Below are positions 10,364 to 20,760 of a stretch of DNA of 64,000 nt, one piece after another. Source of the stretch: a virus (lineage: Duplodnaviria; Caudoviricetes); IMG/VR virus record IMGVR_UViG_3300028601_000021, positions 32,001 to 96,000 of that record; one strand, 5' to 3'. Below the pieces are notes generated by a model that did not search any database, was not told where the DNA came from, and saw nothing but the letters and a program-made list of their open reading frames with translations. Every line of letters starts with the position of its first letter. Position 1 is the stretch's first letter. A program made the translations under genes and the position numbers.

Positions 10364-11977
10364 CTATTCAAATACGTATTCTTCTTCTATGTCGTTTAAG
10401 CTAGATTCATCCAGTATATCTAAAAATACACTAGTGTAATCGTCTTTAGTACGCATAGCTACTCGATACACAGAAATCAATATACCAAATACTTTATCTA
10501 TAGGCACAGATCTAGTCACTCTATCTTTAAGATAACGATCTTCGGTCTGTACCAATATACCACGTTTATCTCCATAACCAGAGAAGTTGAACATACCATC
10601 TTCCATAGTAACTGACAAATCAGTTCTACGTATACTTAGATCAGACAATATATCCCAAATATCAGCTACAGAGATCTCATGTTCATCTGCATGTATCTTT
10701 GTGACCTTATGTCTGACTCTAGGTATAGCTTCTACTGTTTTGTATTTTATGGTGGAAGAGAAGATAAGGGAATTATCCACTTCTTTATCCACATCGATCT
10801 TAGCTAGTTCAGCTACGACCATATCACTGATCTGTGTATGGAAAGGATGGACTTGGATACCTACTCCAGGTTTATATACGATACGTACTTCTGGAGGAGG
10901 TGTAGGTAGATACTCCTTATACTCTTCTATGTCCCATACAGGTGTGTAGAATGACCAATATTGGGACTTATCTAGAGGTATACCAAAGATAGTATCGAAT
11001 GAACTATCTTTATCTATAGATGGTAACATTTCAGTGATATCCATCACTTGAAATAGTCCATCATTCAAGAACAATACCTCCCAATCCCACGTATGACAAT
11101 GCGACATAAATGAAATCAATTTACTGGATACGAATACATAACTACCATCTACAAAACGTATGATATTCTCAGCTACCTTATTCTCTAAGAACTTAGGTAA
11201 GATACCAGCTCTTACGTGAGGATACACATAGTTATCATCCAGATCCATGAACCTAGACAATACTGCAGGTGTGCAATCTGGTAGGTTGTAAATGGTGGAA
11301 AGCAAGTCTAAAGCTGATTTAGGTTTTTCTCTGAATTTATAAACTGTAGTGAATGTGGGATCATCGATCCAATTTGCTCTAGAGAGTTTCTTGGTGATAT
11401 AACGTAGATTTGATAAACGTAGTTGTACGGTAGCGATATCCTCTTCTACTGTGGTTTGCTGTTGTAGTGAATCTATGGTCGGTAAAGCTTTGTATTCTTC
11501 ATTATCGTAAATGATACCTTCTATCAGCAACTCTACCAATGAGTGTAAGTTAGAGATATCGCCATCACCATATACAAATTGTGAATAAAGTTCTTGATCT
11601 CCTACAATAGAATTATAGTAGTAGTTAAATTGTTGAGCAGTGTGATTATACTTACATCTATAATCCACACATACATTCTTCACTATATCAGTGAATTCAG
11701 ATAAAGAAATAGCTGTGATATTCTTATTCATTCCTGTGGTATAAATACGTTCTTTGATAGAAGATTGTAATTTACCCATAGAATGTAAACGTACCCAGTT
11801 CTCCACTATGATAGGTTTAATAGCTAATAATCTAGCTACTTGTTCTACTGATACTTTACTGTCATTTACTAGTTCTACTAATTCTATTTTAAATGGTGTA
11901 AGGAAACCATATATTTCACCGTTACTAGCTACGATGGAATACTTGGCGATATAGCTAGGGTTGTACTTCTTTAACAT
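10364..11977 (-). CDS. hypothetical early protein with N-terminal helix-turn-helix
   Basis: FKIELVELV...VSVEQVARLLAIKPIIVENWVR is HTH-like; early-promoter motif at 12055. Confidence 0.5.
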   Translation of the reverse strand: MLKKYNPSYIAKYSIVASNGEIYGFLTPFKIELVELVNDSKVSVEQVARLLAIKPIIVENWVRLHSMGKLQSSIKERIYTTGMNKNITAISLSEFTDIVKNVCVDYRCKYNHTAQQFNYYYNSIVGDQELYSQFVYGDGDISNLHSLVELLIEGIIYDNEEYKALPTIDSLQQQTTVEEDIATVQLRLSNLRYITKKLSRANWIDDPTFTTVYKFREKPKSALDLLSTIYNLPDCTPAVLSRFMDLDDNYVYPHVRAGILPKFLENKVAENIIRFVDGSYVFVSSKLISFMSHCHTWDWEVLFLNDGLFQVMDITEMLPSIDKDSSFDTIFGIPLDKSQYWSFYTPVWDIEEYKEYLPTPPPEVRIVYKPGVGIQVHPFHTQISDMVVAELAKIDVDKEVDNSLIFSSTIKYKTVEAIPRVRHKVTKIHADEHEISVADIWDILSDLSIRRTDLSVTMEDGMFNFSGYGDKRGILVQTEDRYLKDRVTRSVPIDKVFGILISVYRVAMRTKDDYTSVFLDILDESSLNDIEEEYVFE

Positions 11978-12046
11978 AGATGCTCCTTTTATACGATTTC
12001 ATTTTCTAAATTTAGATACTCCTCTCAATTAAGTAATAGGTAATGA

Positions 12047-12064
12047 TCACTGTAGTAATATATA
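12047..12064 (-). promoter_or_regulatory. phiKZ-type early promoter motif TATATATTAC-N4-GTGA
   Basis: Plus strand TCAC-tgta-GTAATATATA; the same motif precedes other minus-strand blocks. Confidence 0.65.
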
Positions 12065-12136
12065 GATGAAATGTAGTTGTAAATACCGACTATTGTATAG
12101 AGTCTTTTAAATAGTTAAAATAGGAGTACAATTAAT

Positions 12137-13177
12137 ATGGCTAGTCCTAACAAAACCAGAATACAAGTAGCTACTGATCCTGCTTTTAGTAATATCATCT
12201 ATGACGTAAATGGAGCTTACACCACAGAGCTACTGATAGCTGAAAGTGAGCTACCTACTGGTACTAATCTCTATGCACGTGGTATGCATGGTCATCCTGA
12301 TACTGGAGATAGTAGCTGGAGTACTACGGTGCAGTTTATGGTAGCTGTAGCTTATGGTAATAGTCTCTACTATACTGCTGGAGACTATACGTTTACAGTA
12401 CCAGCTGGGGTAAATGAGATATGCATAGCTGCTACTCCTGGAGCTGACTATAGTAGTGCTGGAGAACTATTAAAAGCTTATACTGGCAAGACAGTAGCAT
12501 GTGTAGCTGGTAATAATACAGTACCAGTAGGTATCAGTAGTGTCACTCTCAGTGGTAAAGGAGCAGCTGGTACTAGTGGATATGGTGCGTATGTGGTAAG
12601 TTCGTATACATACGCAGCTAATGCATCACCTAGTTCATTTTCATCTCCTCCCAGTACTATACAAGCTTATATCTCTGGAACTCTATATACATTCTATAAA
12701 AGAAATACTACTACCACGCAGGTGACTTATCAATATCAGATGTCGGAACCAGGCGACGCATATGTGACGTATACCAGATCTCCAGTCACCACTACCGGTG
12801 CAGCTACTACTGCAGTAGTAAATGGTACTACATATACTTTCCCTGGGGGAATAGGTGGAGCTGCACCTATCACTAATCACACAGTAGCTGTAAATCCTGC
12901 TACTGGAGCTACTATCTCAGCTAATATAGCAGCTGGTGGTAGTCTCAGCTATAGCTACAGTGCCTACGCTATAAATGCTTTATCCAGCTTATTAGGTAAT
13001 AACTTTAGCTTATCTCCAGTAGCTAAAGATGTAGGTACCTACGTAGGTGGTATAGCAGCATGGAGGAACAGTATCCCTGTATCTCCAGGAGATACTATCC
13101 CAGTACATGTGTCTGCTGGTGGAGCTGTAAATATCATCTGGGGTACAGGTAGAGCTTTTCCTAATAGCGAAGTATAG
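12137..13177 (+). CDS. tail-fibre-like / glycine-rich virion protein
   Basis: YTAGDYTFTVPAGVNEI and PVSPGDTIPVHV motifs of phage glycine-rich fibre domains; T/G/A-rich. Confidence 0.6.
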   Translation: MASPNKTRIQVATDPAFSNIIYDVNGAYTTELLIAESELPTGTNLYARGMHGHPDTGDSSWSTTVQFMVAVAYGNSLYYTAGDYTFTVPAGVNEICIAATPGADYSSAGELLKAYTGKTVACVAGNNTVPVGISSVTLSGKGAAGTSGYGAYVVSSYTYAANASPSSFSSPPSTIQAYISGTLYTFYKRNTTTTQVTYQYQMSEPGDAYVTYTRSPVTTTGAATTAVVNGTTYTFPGGIGGAAPITNHTVAVNPATGATISANIAAGGSLSYSYSAYAINALSSLLGNNFSLSPVAKDVGTYVGGIAAWRNSIPVSPGDTIPVHVSAGGAVNIIWGTGRAFPNSEV

Positions 13178-13187
13178 TTTATAAGTT

Positions 13188-13232
13188 ATATATACTACCG
13201 TAGTACCATTTAGGTACTACGGTAGTATATAT
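13188..13232. terminator. 20-bp inverted repeat
   Basis: ATATATACTACCGTAGTACC-attta-GGTACTACGGTAGTATATAT between convergent genes. Confidence 0.75.
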
Positions 13233-13240
13233 TTATCTGT

Positions 13241-13615
13241 TTATTCTAAATCGATTACGATACCATTGTTACGTAAGTGCTTACCTATGATCTCACGCCA
13301 CATATCTCTACCACCCTGATCTAAGCGCATATCAAAAGCGATACCATGCTCTTCTAATTGTTCAGGAGTAAAGAGATGAGCTACCTTAGATCTAGCTAAT
13401 CTATGTAATCTACCTGATCTACGAGAAGTACCAGTCCGTATATAGAGACGTAACCACTTCTTACATTCTGGATCTATCTCTTCGTGATATATAGTTCTAG
13501 ACATAGTTTCACCATCCCAATTACATTTGGGTAAGTTAGTAGTTGGTGGTTTAGCTGGAGGAGTCGTCCACTTCCTCCATATCTTTAATAAAAAATTAGA
13601 TTTACCTTTACTCAT
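13241..13615 (-). CDS. hypothetical protein
   Basis: 124-aa ORF directly downstream of the helicase. Confidence 0.5.
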   Translation of the reverse strand: MSKGKSNFLLKIWRKWTTPPAKPPTTNLPKCNWDGETMSRTIYHEEIDPECKKWLRLYIRTGTSRRSGRLHRLARSKVAHLFTPEQLEEHGIAFDMRLDQGGRDMWREIIGKHLRNNGIVIDLE

Positions 13616-13657
13616 GTCAGATACCTATCCAGTATATATGAAAGGTAACATCTAGCT

Positions 13658-15253
13658 TTATGCTACTTCTTCATCACCAAAGGATACAGTCTCACCTACA
13701 TCGAGAGGAGGTATATTTTCCTTAGGGATATCTTTCTCATTCAATAGAGGACCTTGTTCAGGTACATAGACATCAGCATAGATATCCTTTACACTCATAT
13801 CCCTACCAGCTACATCATCCTGGATACCAAATGGACCAAACCTATAAGCAGTACGTTTCCACGCTTCAGGTGTATCATTGACGTAACGGTGTTTATCTAT
13901 TCTAGCTGTCAGATAAGGTATACCAAAGTTATTCTTTTCGATGTGTAAAAAGATAACTACGTCCACTTCACGCTGTGGGTCCATACCATCGGCTAGATAA
14001 CCAATACCAAATTTCTCTACGATATTAGTTACACCGCTAGCTGCTATCTTAGCTGCATCACGATTCAACTGATGTGCAGTAAACAAAGCACTATTCTCAT
14101 GTTTCAGAAAGTTTACAGTATTGGTATAGAGTTCTCTCAACTGGAGATGATTACCCATACCATTCACATCTTTCTTCTTCATCATGTTCATATAGTCGAT
14201 GATCGTACAAAGGATCTTGTGACCAGCAGCCTTGTATTCCTTAAACAGAGCCTGTAGTTCATCTGCACCGAAAGCCTGACCTAATCTACGTTCGATGATC
14301 AACTTCCATCCATTCATATTGAAGAACTCATGAATAAAGTCGATGATCTCTTCATCTGACTTACCTTCAGCGCTAGTCTGAGATATAGCAACATATGCAT
14401 CAGTGTACAAAGTCATCATATTCTCAGCAGTTTCATTTTCCAAACTAATGAATAGAATAGTAGGGATACCATCACCTATATCCATAGGAGTATTATACTG
14501 AATAGTCCATCTAGCTATGTTCATCAACATAGAGGATTTGAAATGGTGAGATAATGCATTAAACACTACAGATTCACCTAAGCTATATCCAAGGTTATGT
14601 CCAAACAATCTGTTCATACCTTGTAAGCCTAGTTTAAAGATATTGTTTACCTTTCTAGTCTGATAGGATTTCAATGCTTGTCTAATAGCTAGTTTATCAG
14701 AGAAGTCGATCTTATCTACAGGTTTATTATAAGAACAAGATGAACTAGAGAATACCTGATTTAATTCATTAGTGAGCTGCTGTAGATCACTAAGTAACTC
14801 ATCCTTCTTACCTTTATCAGTAGTATTAGTAAAGTTGTTCAACTTACCAAACATCTTCTTGACGTTTCTACTACTATTATACCACAGTACGTTGTTACGT
14901 ACATTAGCCATTAGTTCATTGATACGAGATTCACTCAATCTCTCTTTACTGGAGAAGATAGACTGTAAACCTTCATATACATCGACATTGGCCAATACTG
15001 CAGGATTAGTACGAAACTTAAGTAAAATAGTCTTAAGTTCCAATTCACTATCCAGTAGTTTGATATCGATATATAACAACTCTTTCAGTAGAGCTATATA
15101 AAAACGAATTAAAGGTTCTTGCATGGGAGTACCAGCATGGAGTTCCTCTTCACATATAGCTACTAGATCTTTCACCATGGCTTTAGTGATAGCACTAGGA
15201 CTATGGACTATCAACATAATAGCATCGACGAACATATCGGTAGTTAGAAACAT
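13658..15253 (-). CDS. dnaB: DnaB-like replicative helicase (phiKZ gp118-type)
   Basis: phiKZ-type degenerate Walker A ALSHHFKS; ILFISLEN, IIDYMNMM, TAHQL and DKHR motifs; divergent from the capsid operon as in phiKZ. Confidence 0.85.
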   Translation of the reverse strand: MFLTTDMFVDAIMLIVHSPSAITKAMVKDLVAICEEELHAGTPMQEPLIRFYIALLKELLYIDIKLLDSELELKTILLKFRTNPAVLANVDVYEGLQSIFSSKERLSESRINELMANVRNNVLWYNSSRNVKKMFGKLNNFTNTTDKGKKDELLSDLQQLTNELNQVFSSSSCSYNKPVDKIDFSDKLAIRQALKSYQTRKVNNIFKLGLQGMNRLFGHNLGYSLGESVVFNALSHHFKSSMLMNIARWTIQYNTPMDIGDGIPTILFISLENETAENMMTLYTDAYVAISQTSAEGKSDEEIIDFIHEFFNMNGWKLIIERRLGQAFGADELQALFKEYKAAGHKILCTIIDYMNMMKKKDVNGMGNHLQLRELYTNTVNFLKHENSALFTAHQLNRDAAKIAASGVTNIVEKFGIGYLADGMDPQREVDVVIFLHIEKNNFGIPYLTARIDKHRYVNDTPEAWKRTAYRFGPFGIQDDVAGRDMSVKDIYADVYVPEQGPLLNEKDIPKENIPPLDVGETVSFGDEEVA

Positions 15254-15435
15254 AGCTTATATTTCCTTTTAGATAGATATATGGAATTACCGTATCTCTT
15301 GTATTTTCATGAGTCTGATTAGCATACTATACGACATAGATCGTAAAAGCTTATTCGAGTGAATATATTGTGTCTATTTATATAGGGACTACGGTAAAAT
15401 AATTAAATTATATATCTATATGGAGGTGGCTGCGC

Positions 15436-16932
15436 ATGGGTGGACTATTAGTACGGTATGCGTATACTGAGAATTCTAGATGTAGCGAACTGATACTCCC
15501 AATGCTATCTCCAGTGGACAGAGCTAGAGCAGTATTTGAACAGGTAGTATATGCTCATTACATTAAACACACTGTACGTAATATTACAGCTTGTTTAGAA
15601 GATTACTTTTCAGAAGTTCAAGAAATGGTAAATTCCTTACCTAAAGTGGCACAGAGTAATTACAATCTATCAGAAGTTTATGGTACCGCTATCGATGCTA
15701 TCCATAACTTCCCTCATGGTAATTATGCTACTTACCATAACCTTTTATCCATGCCTACAGAAAGTAAACTTTGGGAACCTACATTCCCAGCTGAAGCTTA
15801 TCTTCCTTACTTTCATCAGTTAGGCTGTGGACATCCTGTTTCAGAAGAGTATGGAGAAGTATTACCTAATGCAGTACTGTTAGTACCTACATTAGAAAAA
15901 TACCATCGTCCAGTGAGTGATGTACTCAGTGCTCCCGAAACAGGTATCCGTATCCAGTTTAGACGTATCTCATTTGGTGATTATGCTTTTACTGGACAGA
16001 TTCCTATCTTCCGTTATAATAGCCATAATCATGAGGAATTACTTTGTAACCTCCTTACCAATATGAATATGACGGATTGGGATATCGATAAACTTATTGG
16101 CTTATTCTCTATGTTTACTGTTGAACCTGGTAAATATCATATGAAAGCACCCAGTCTTTATGTTAGGGGTATTTCAGATGTTTGTTACGATATAGTAATG
16201 AATCCAGCTAAGCGTAAACCTAAATCTTGTAAAATGGATACGAGAGTAAGTGGCGTAGGAATATTCCTAAACATGTTACGTAAGTTATACGAACAACATC
16301 GTATAGCGAATCCTGCAGACATGAAAGTGTTTGCTGTGTTTTTATCTAAATGTGACGGCTTATTCAATAGGCAACTAATTGACTATTTTTATAAGCCAGC
16401 ATCTGAAATTACAGCTATGGAAGCTAATGCTTTCAAGCAAAGTGAATTTTCCCAGTACATGGAATATAAACTATCTGCTGGGATGGAGGCTATAGCATCT
16501 GAGGACGGGGATATCGATACATCCAATGATGAGCCTATAGAAGAAGATATGGATATGGATGACTCTGGTGATTTAGATAGTAGTTTGGGTGAAGATCAAG
16601 ATCAAGGTGGTCTTGGTAGCACTGATTTACCTTTAGGTGATAGCGCAGATACACCGCTCAAACGAGATCCACTTCGTCAGTTAATCGAACTAGCCAAACC
16701 GACAGAAGGTCTTTCCGACTATCTCTATCGTAGGTTAGTTCTTCAGCGTATGCTGACAGTCATTAGTAATCCACCTAGATCACTTACTACCGCCGAATTA
16801 ACCATTATGAAGCGTTGGGTGACTTACTGGATTAATCTTCTTTCTGTAGCTTCTATTAAGGATTTTCTATCCCGACTGTCATTTCAGTTGATGGATATCA
16901 AAAATGTCAAAGGTGATGAGCTACTCAAATAG
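15436..16932 (+). CDS. phiKZ gp119-like virion-associated protein
   Basis: Lies between helicase and capsid; AGME/ASE protease-like sites followed by an acidic linker. Confidence 0.55.
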   Translation: MGGLLVRYAYTENSRCSELILPMLSPVDRARAVFEQVVYAHYIKHTVRNITACLEDYFSEVQEMVNSLPKVAQSNYNLSEVYGTAIDAIHNFPHGNYATYHNLLSMPTESKLWEPTFPAEAYLPYFHQLGCGHPVSEEYGEVLPNAVLLVPTLEKYHRPVSDVLSAPETGIRIQFRRISFGDYAFTGQIPIFRYNSHNHEELLCNLLTNMNMTDWDIDKLIGLFSMFTVEPGKYHMKAPSLYVRGISDVCYDIVMNPAKRKPKSCKMDTRVSGVGIFLNMLRKLYEQHRIANPADMKVFAVFLSKCDGLFNRQLIDYFYKPASEITAMEANAFKQSEFSQYMEYKLSAGMEAIASEDGDIDTSNDEPIEEDMDMDDSGDLDSSLGEDQDQGGLGSTDLPLGDSADTPLKRDPLRQLIELAKPTEGLSDYLYRRLVLQRMLTVISNPPRSLTTAELTIMKRWVTYWINLLSVASIKDFLSRLSFQLMDIKNVKGDELLK

Positions 16933-16999
16933 TGATTTGATTTAGTTCACTTTATTTTTAACCGTATTTTAAGCAATTTAATTTGTGGAGTACACCACT

Positions 17000-19363
17000 A
17001 TGATGTTTGATGCCAATGCAAATCCCACAGCTGAGAGCATGTTCGATGCCCTGACAGTCGCGACGGAATCTTTCATGCCCCAGAATCAGGGAGCAGCCGT
17101 TCATTGGACGGATAACCTGTCCGCTCAGGACAAGTCCCTTATCGGTAAAACTTTCCGTGAAGTTTGTCGTTTTATCAATGACAATACTCTTTATGGTAAA
17201 GGCACTCCGGTCGCAGATAACCTTTTCACCACTGGTGTGGGCAACGAGTCGCTGAATCCTTCAGTGAATGTCGTGAACAACATCGGTGTGTCCAAGATCG
17301 CCGACCTCTGCAAAGCTTGTGGCGTGCGTGCTCAGGACCAGAAGAATGCAGTCATGGCTATTGGTCAGCTGCTGGTCAAGATGACTGCTGCCAACGAGAA
17401 CATGTCTCTGTATCGCGACAAACATTTCTCCAACGCTGCTGACTCCGTCGCTGGTAAGTCCATGCGTCTGGTCGACCTGCGTGAAATGCTGCCTTCTTCC
17501 CTGCATGGTGAGTTCCTGAACCAGGCAGCTGGTAACGAAGCTTTCGGTGCTGAGATTGACCGTGTCCTGCCCGACATCCGTGTCTCCATGGCAGTGACCC
17601 TGTTGAAGTTCCATCGTGGTATCCTCGATCGCATCATGCATCGTCGTACCTCTCCTTCTACGATCATCAAGTACGTCATTCCTTACGCTGAAGTGTATGA
17701 CCTGATGAAGTCCATGGATCAGTCCGCTGCAGTCCGTAACGGTAAGGTCCATCGTGTACCTTTCATCAACCTGTATGCTGATCCCAAGGTCGTCTCCAAC
17801 ACTCTGCGTCCTATCGTTGTCCTGAAGGCAAATGATACCGCTGATACCGTCCTGCGTGATGGCGTTCTGAAGCCTAACTGCAAGACCAACGTCATGGACC
17901 TCAGCCGCGTAGCTGGTCAGATCGGTAACAACCACACTGACTACACCGACATCATCGCCGATGGCGTTATCCTGGACAAGGTCTATGTACAGCTGTCTAA
18001 GGTCATCGGACCCGACACTGTCGTAGAAGAATTCGAATTGGTTACCCGTTCGTTCTCCAAGGCTCGTTTGCAGATGCAGGCTAATACCCTGGATTCCGCT
18101 GATCGTGCTACGATCTTCAACCAGTTCTTCAAGTTCAATGAAACTAAGAAGACCACCGCTGGCGCTGACAGTGTGATCCTGGCCGGTCTGACTCCTTCCG
18201 ATTGTATCGAGATCGAAGTCAACATCGCTCCTACGATCAACCTGAAGTGGCACGACGTTGCTTCTTCCGCTACTCTGTTTGTTCGTCCTTACAGCGCTAC
18301 TGGTGCAGCTCCTGCTGCTGCCGTTACCACTGCTCTGACTGGCCTGGAAGCTACCATGGTCGGTTTTGCTCTGGATGCCAAGTACAGTGAAGAGAACCTG
18401 CGTAAGTCGAATGTGGCTATCCGTTCGCATTACCGTACGATGGATTGGGAAATCCCTGTCGGTCGTAACTTCATCGTCGACTATGCGATGAACGAGTCTC
18501 TGCCCGAATACATCATGGCTAACGTGACCGAAGCTATCTCTCTTGGTCAGGATCATCGTGCTATCGATATGATCATGAAGACCATGATGGATGTCTATGA
18601 TCGTGGTCGTGAAGAGAATGCCGATCCTAACTTCCGTGAAGATCTGTACAAGCTCGGCTTTGATTATGTTGCTTCTCAGCAGGTTCGTCCTACTGTGTAC
18701 CTGGGCGCTATCGATCTGGAAGAAGTTGACACCATCCGTAGCTCCGACATCCTCGGCGATATCCGCCAGTATGTTGAACTGCAGCTGATCAACATCCTCT
18801 CCCTGCTTCATCAGAATAGCTACTACAAGACTCAGCTGAATGCCGGTGAGAAGCCTGTGTACAAGCTGGTCACCTCGAACATCATCCTGGAAAACCTGTT
18901 GAATGTCCCGCACATCCACAATCATCTCCAGGCTGCTGCTCAGGATGCTTCTGATACGGATACCGTCGAATACCGTCGTGTCCTGCCTTCCGGTGTTGTA
19001 CTGGAATGTGTGACGACTACTTTCGACTACCTGCGTGACAAGATCATCATCATTCCTTTCCGTGCGAATGATCCTGAATCCGTCCTGAATGCTGGTCATA
19101 ACTGGGATTACGGTACTTACCTGGCCCATTACAACCCGCAGATCGCCAATGGTGTCAATAAGCGTGTGTTTGCGAATGCTCGTGAAATGCCGCTGATGAC
19201 TAACCCCATTGGTCTGATCATGGAAGTCCGTAATATCGCTAAGGTCATCGATCTGTTCCAGCTCGTTGATCCTCGTGGTACTTCCGGTCTGGACATCCCG
19301 AACATCACGAGCAAGCTCCCGGATACGTCCGCTCTGGCTGCTCCTGGTAACAAGACCTGGTAA
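17000..19363 (+). CDS. major capsid protein (phiKZ gp120-type)
   Basis: About 790 aa with strongly biased high-expression codons; propeptide ending AGNE|AF; synteny with DnaB; GGAG RBS before ATG 17000; UUCG terminator follows. Confidence 0.85.
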   Translation: MMFDANANPTAESMFDALTVATESFMPQNQGAAVHWTDNLSAQDKSLIGKTFREVCRFINDNTLYGKGTPVADNLFTTGVGNESLNPSVNVVNNIGVSKIADLCKACGVRAQDQKNAVMAIGQLLVKMTAANENMSLYRDKHFSNAADSVAGKSMRLVDLREMLPSSLHGEFLNQAAGNEAFGAEIDRVLPDIRVSMAVTLLKFHRGILDRIMHRRTSPSTIIKYVIPYAEVYDLMKSMDQSAAVRNGKVHRVPFINLYADPKVVSNTLRPIVVLKANDTADTVLRDGVLKPNCKTNVMDLSRVAGQIGNNHTDYTDIIADGVILDKVYVQLSKVIGPDTVVEEFELVTRSFSKARLQMQANTLDSADRATIFNQFFKFNETKKTTAGADSVILAGLTPSDCIEIEVNIAPTINLKWHDVASSATLFVRPYSATGAAPAAAVTTALTGLEATMVGFALDAKYSEENLRKSNVAIRSHYRTMDWEIPVGRNFIVDYAMNESLPEYIMANVTEAISLGQDHRAIDMIMKTMMDVYDRGREENADPNFREDLYKLGFDYVASQQVRPTVYLGAIDLEEVDTIRSSDILGDIRQYVELQLINILSLLHQNSYYKTQLNAGEKPVYKLVTSNIILENLLNVPHIHNHLQAAAQDASDTDTVEYRRVLPSGVVLECVTTTFDYLRDKIIIIPFRANDPESVLNAGHNWDYGTYLAHYNPQIANGVNKRVFANAREMPLMTNPIGLIMEVRNIAKVIDLFQLVDPRGTSGLDIPNITSKLPDTSALAAPGNKTW

Positions 19364-19377
19364 TATCTGCTTTATAC

Positions 19378-19409
19378 TAGAGGTAGGGTACTTCGGTACC
19401 CTACCTCTA
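19378..19409 (+). terminator. terminator of capsid operon, C(UUCG)G loop
   Basis: TAGAGGTAGGGTAC-ttcg-GTACCCTACCTCTA. Confidence 0.8.
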
Positions 19410-19494
19410 TCTCTTTATACAAAAAATTAAATAGTCGATGTATTAAAGTACCCTGTCTCCACTATGGTGTAGTGGAGACAGGGATGATGAATAC

Positions 19495-19677
19495 TCAATC
19501 GATATTAAGAGGGGTGAGCTCGATACTCATCATCTCTTCCATGGGTGCCGCTAGTATAGCTTCCATCTTCTGATGGAGCACCTGGAGTTCCTCGTCGGTG
19601 CGGTAACACATGAAGTTACTCTTCAGTGCCGCCATACTAGCTTCCATAGGATCTTCGATCCATTCAATATTACTCAT
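19495..19677 (-). CDS. 60-aa small protein, paralog A (I.WI.DPM....A.LKSNF.CYRTDEEL)
   Basis: Clear paralog of 19907-20074. Confidence 0.75.
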   Translation of the reverse strand: MSNIEWIEDPMEASMAALKSNFMCYRTDEELQVLHQKMEAILAAPMEEMMSIELTPLNID

Positions 19678-19696
19678 AACAATACCCTATTCCTGT

Positions 19697-19848
19697 CGAA
19701 ACTAGATACCCCTACCATGTCAGTGTGGTAGGGGTATCGTTTCTCTATATGATTAAAAAGATAAACCTTTAACGGAAAGCACAGCTATCCGATTTTAAAA
19801 TAGGTATAGTACCTATAGATTTCATCCTTCTAATCTGACAGAAGGGTA
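19697..19848 (-). ncRNA. putative structured RNA leader, copy A
   Basis: Conserved with 20092-20247, with compensatory pairs and G-U pairs that only work on the minus strand. Confidence 0.55.
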
Positions 19849-19906
19849 ATACGGTATCTATCATTACCTATCTCTACTATTTTGTAGTAGAGATAGGGGT
19901 TTGGTT

Positions 19907-20074
19907 TTAGATCTCTGTATCTTCTGTGTGGTGTGATTTGTACTCTTCGGCGATCTTAGTCACTCGTTCGTACAAGGTAGCTAATTCTTCATCGGTGCGG
20001 TAACACCAGAAGTTGCTTTTTAGCATAGCTTCCATCACGTCCATAGGATCAGTGATCCACTTAATATCAGTCAT
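19907..20074 (-). CDS. 55-aa small protein, paralog B (not in ORF track): MTDIKWITDPMDVMEAMLKSNFWCYRTDEELATLYERVTKIAEEYKSHHTEDTEI
   Basis: AGGAGG RBS; translated by hand; homologous to 19495-19677. Confidence 0.8.
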   Translation of the reverse strand: MTDIKWITDPMDVMEAMLKSNFWCYRTDEELATLYERVTKIAEEYKSHHTEDTEI

Positions 20075-20091
20075 ACTGGTACCCTCCTATT

Positions 20092-20247
20092 GAAACCAGA
20101 TACCCTACCGAGTTATATTCGGTAGGGTATCGCATTTCGCTACACGATTAGAAAGATAAACCTTTATACGAATAGTACCTACTACTCGATTTATACATAG
20201 GTAATAGTCCCTATAGATTTCATCCTTCCAATTATAACAGAAGGGTA
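20092..20247 (-). ncRNA. putative structured RNA leader, copy B
   Basis: Same stems and conserved blocks as copy A at 19697-19848. Confidence 0.55.
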
Positions 20248-20295
20248 CAAAAAAGATAGACACCTTACTGTAATAGTAAGGTGTCTATCTATGGA

Positions 20296-20727
20296 TCAGA
20301 TGTTGAAGTGAGAGACCTTGAAAGCCAAGGCCTTGTTGATGACAAGAATGTCACCTTCCACGAGTCCTTCCATCCAGATAGCCGGAAGATAGGAAGGGAA
20401 CAACTCAGGACGGAAGTCGCCTTGGGTCACCTTGGTAGCCACTGCCTTCTGAGGGGCACCGTGGTTCGACCAGTCGGTGTTCCCTGCCACACGGTGTGGC
20501 CTAGAGAACGCACCAACCATCAAATACAGAGAGTGTTCACGGTCTTCAGGGAGACCGAACCATTCTCTGAGCTGCTTCGGGGTACCCGACAGCTCATCAA
20601 ACTTACGAATCTGGTTTACGTTCATGACGACCAGATGCGCGAGCGGCACATCCCTACCATCGAGATCACTTTCAACGATGGTAGAAATATAATTCTCAGC
20701 CACGTCGATATTTCTAATAATGCTCAT
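20296..20727 (-). CDS. hypothetical early protein
   Basis: AAGGAG RBS; followed by a hairpin at ~20254-20290. Confidence 0.6.
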   Translation of the reverse strand: MSIIRNIDVAENYISTIVESDLDGRDVPLAHLVVMNVNQIRKFDELSGTPKQLREWFGLPEDREHSLYLMVGAFSRPHRVAGNTDWSNHGAPQKAVATKVTQGDFRPELFPSYLPAIWMEGLVEGDILVINKALAFKVSHFNI

Positions 20728-20760
20728 GACAAATCTCCTTATTTGAAAGTTGATGAAATA

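Noticed and set aside
10364-11977. IS transposase
   Set aside because: It has only an HTH, with no DDE domain, terminal repeats or target duplication.
17261-19129. 622-aa antisense ORF inside the capsid gene
   Set aside because: It is a codon-aligned shadow of the strongly biased capsid codons, with no RBS or motifs.
19697-20247. Hammerhead ribozyme or CRISPR mini-array reading of the duplicated element
   Set aside because: No CUGANGA/GAAA core is conserved in both copies; there are only two long units with coding content and no repeat-spacer periodicity.
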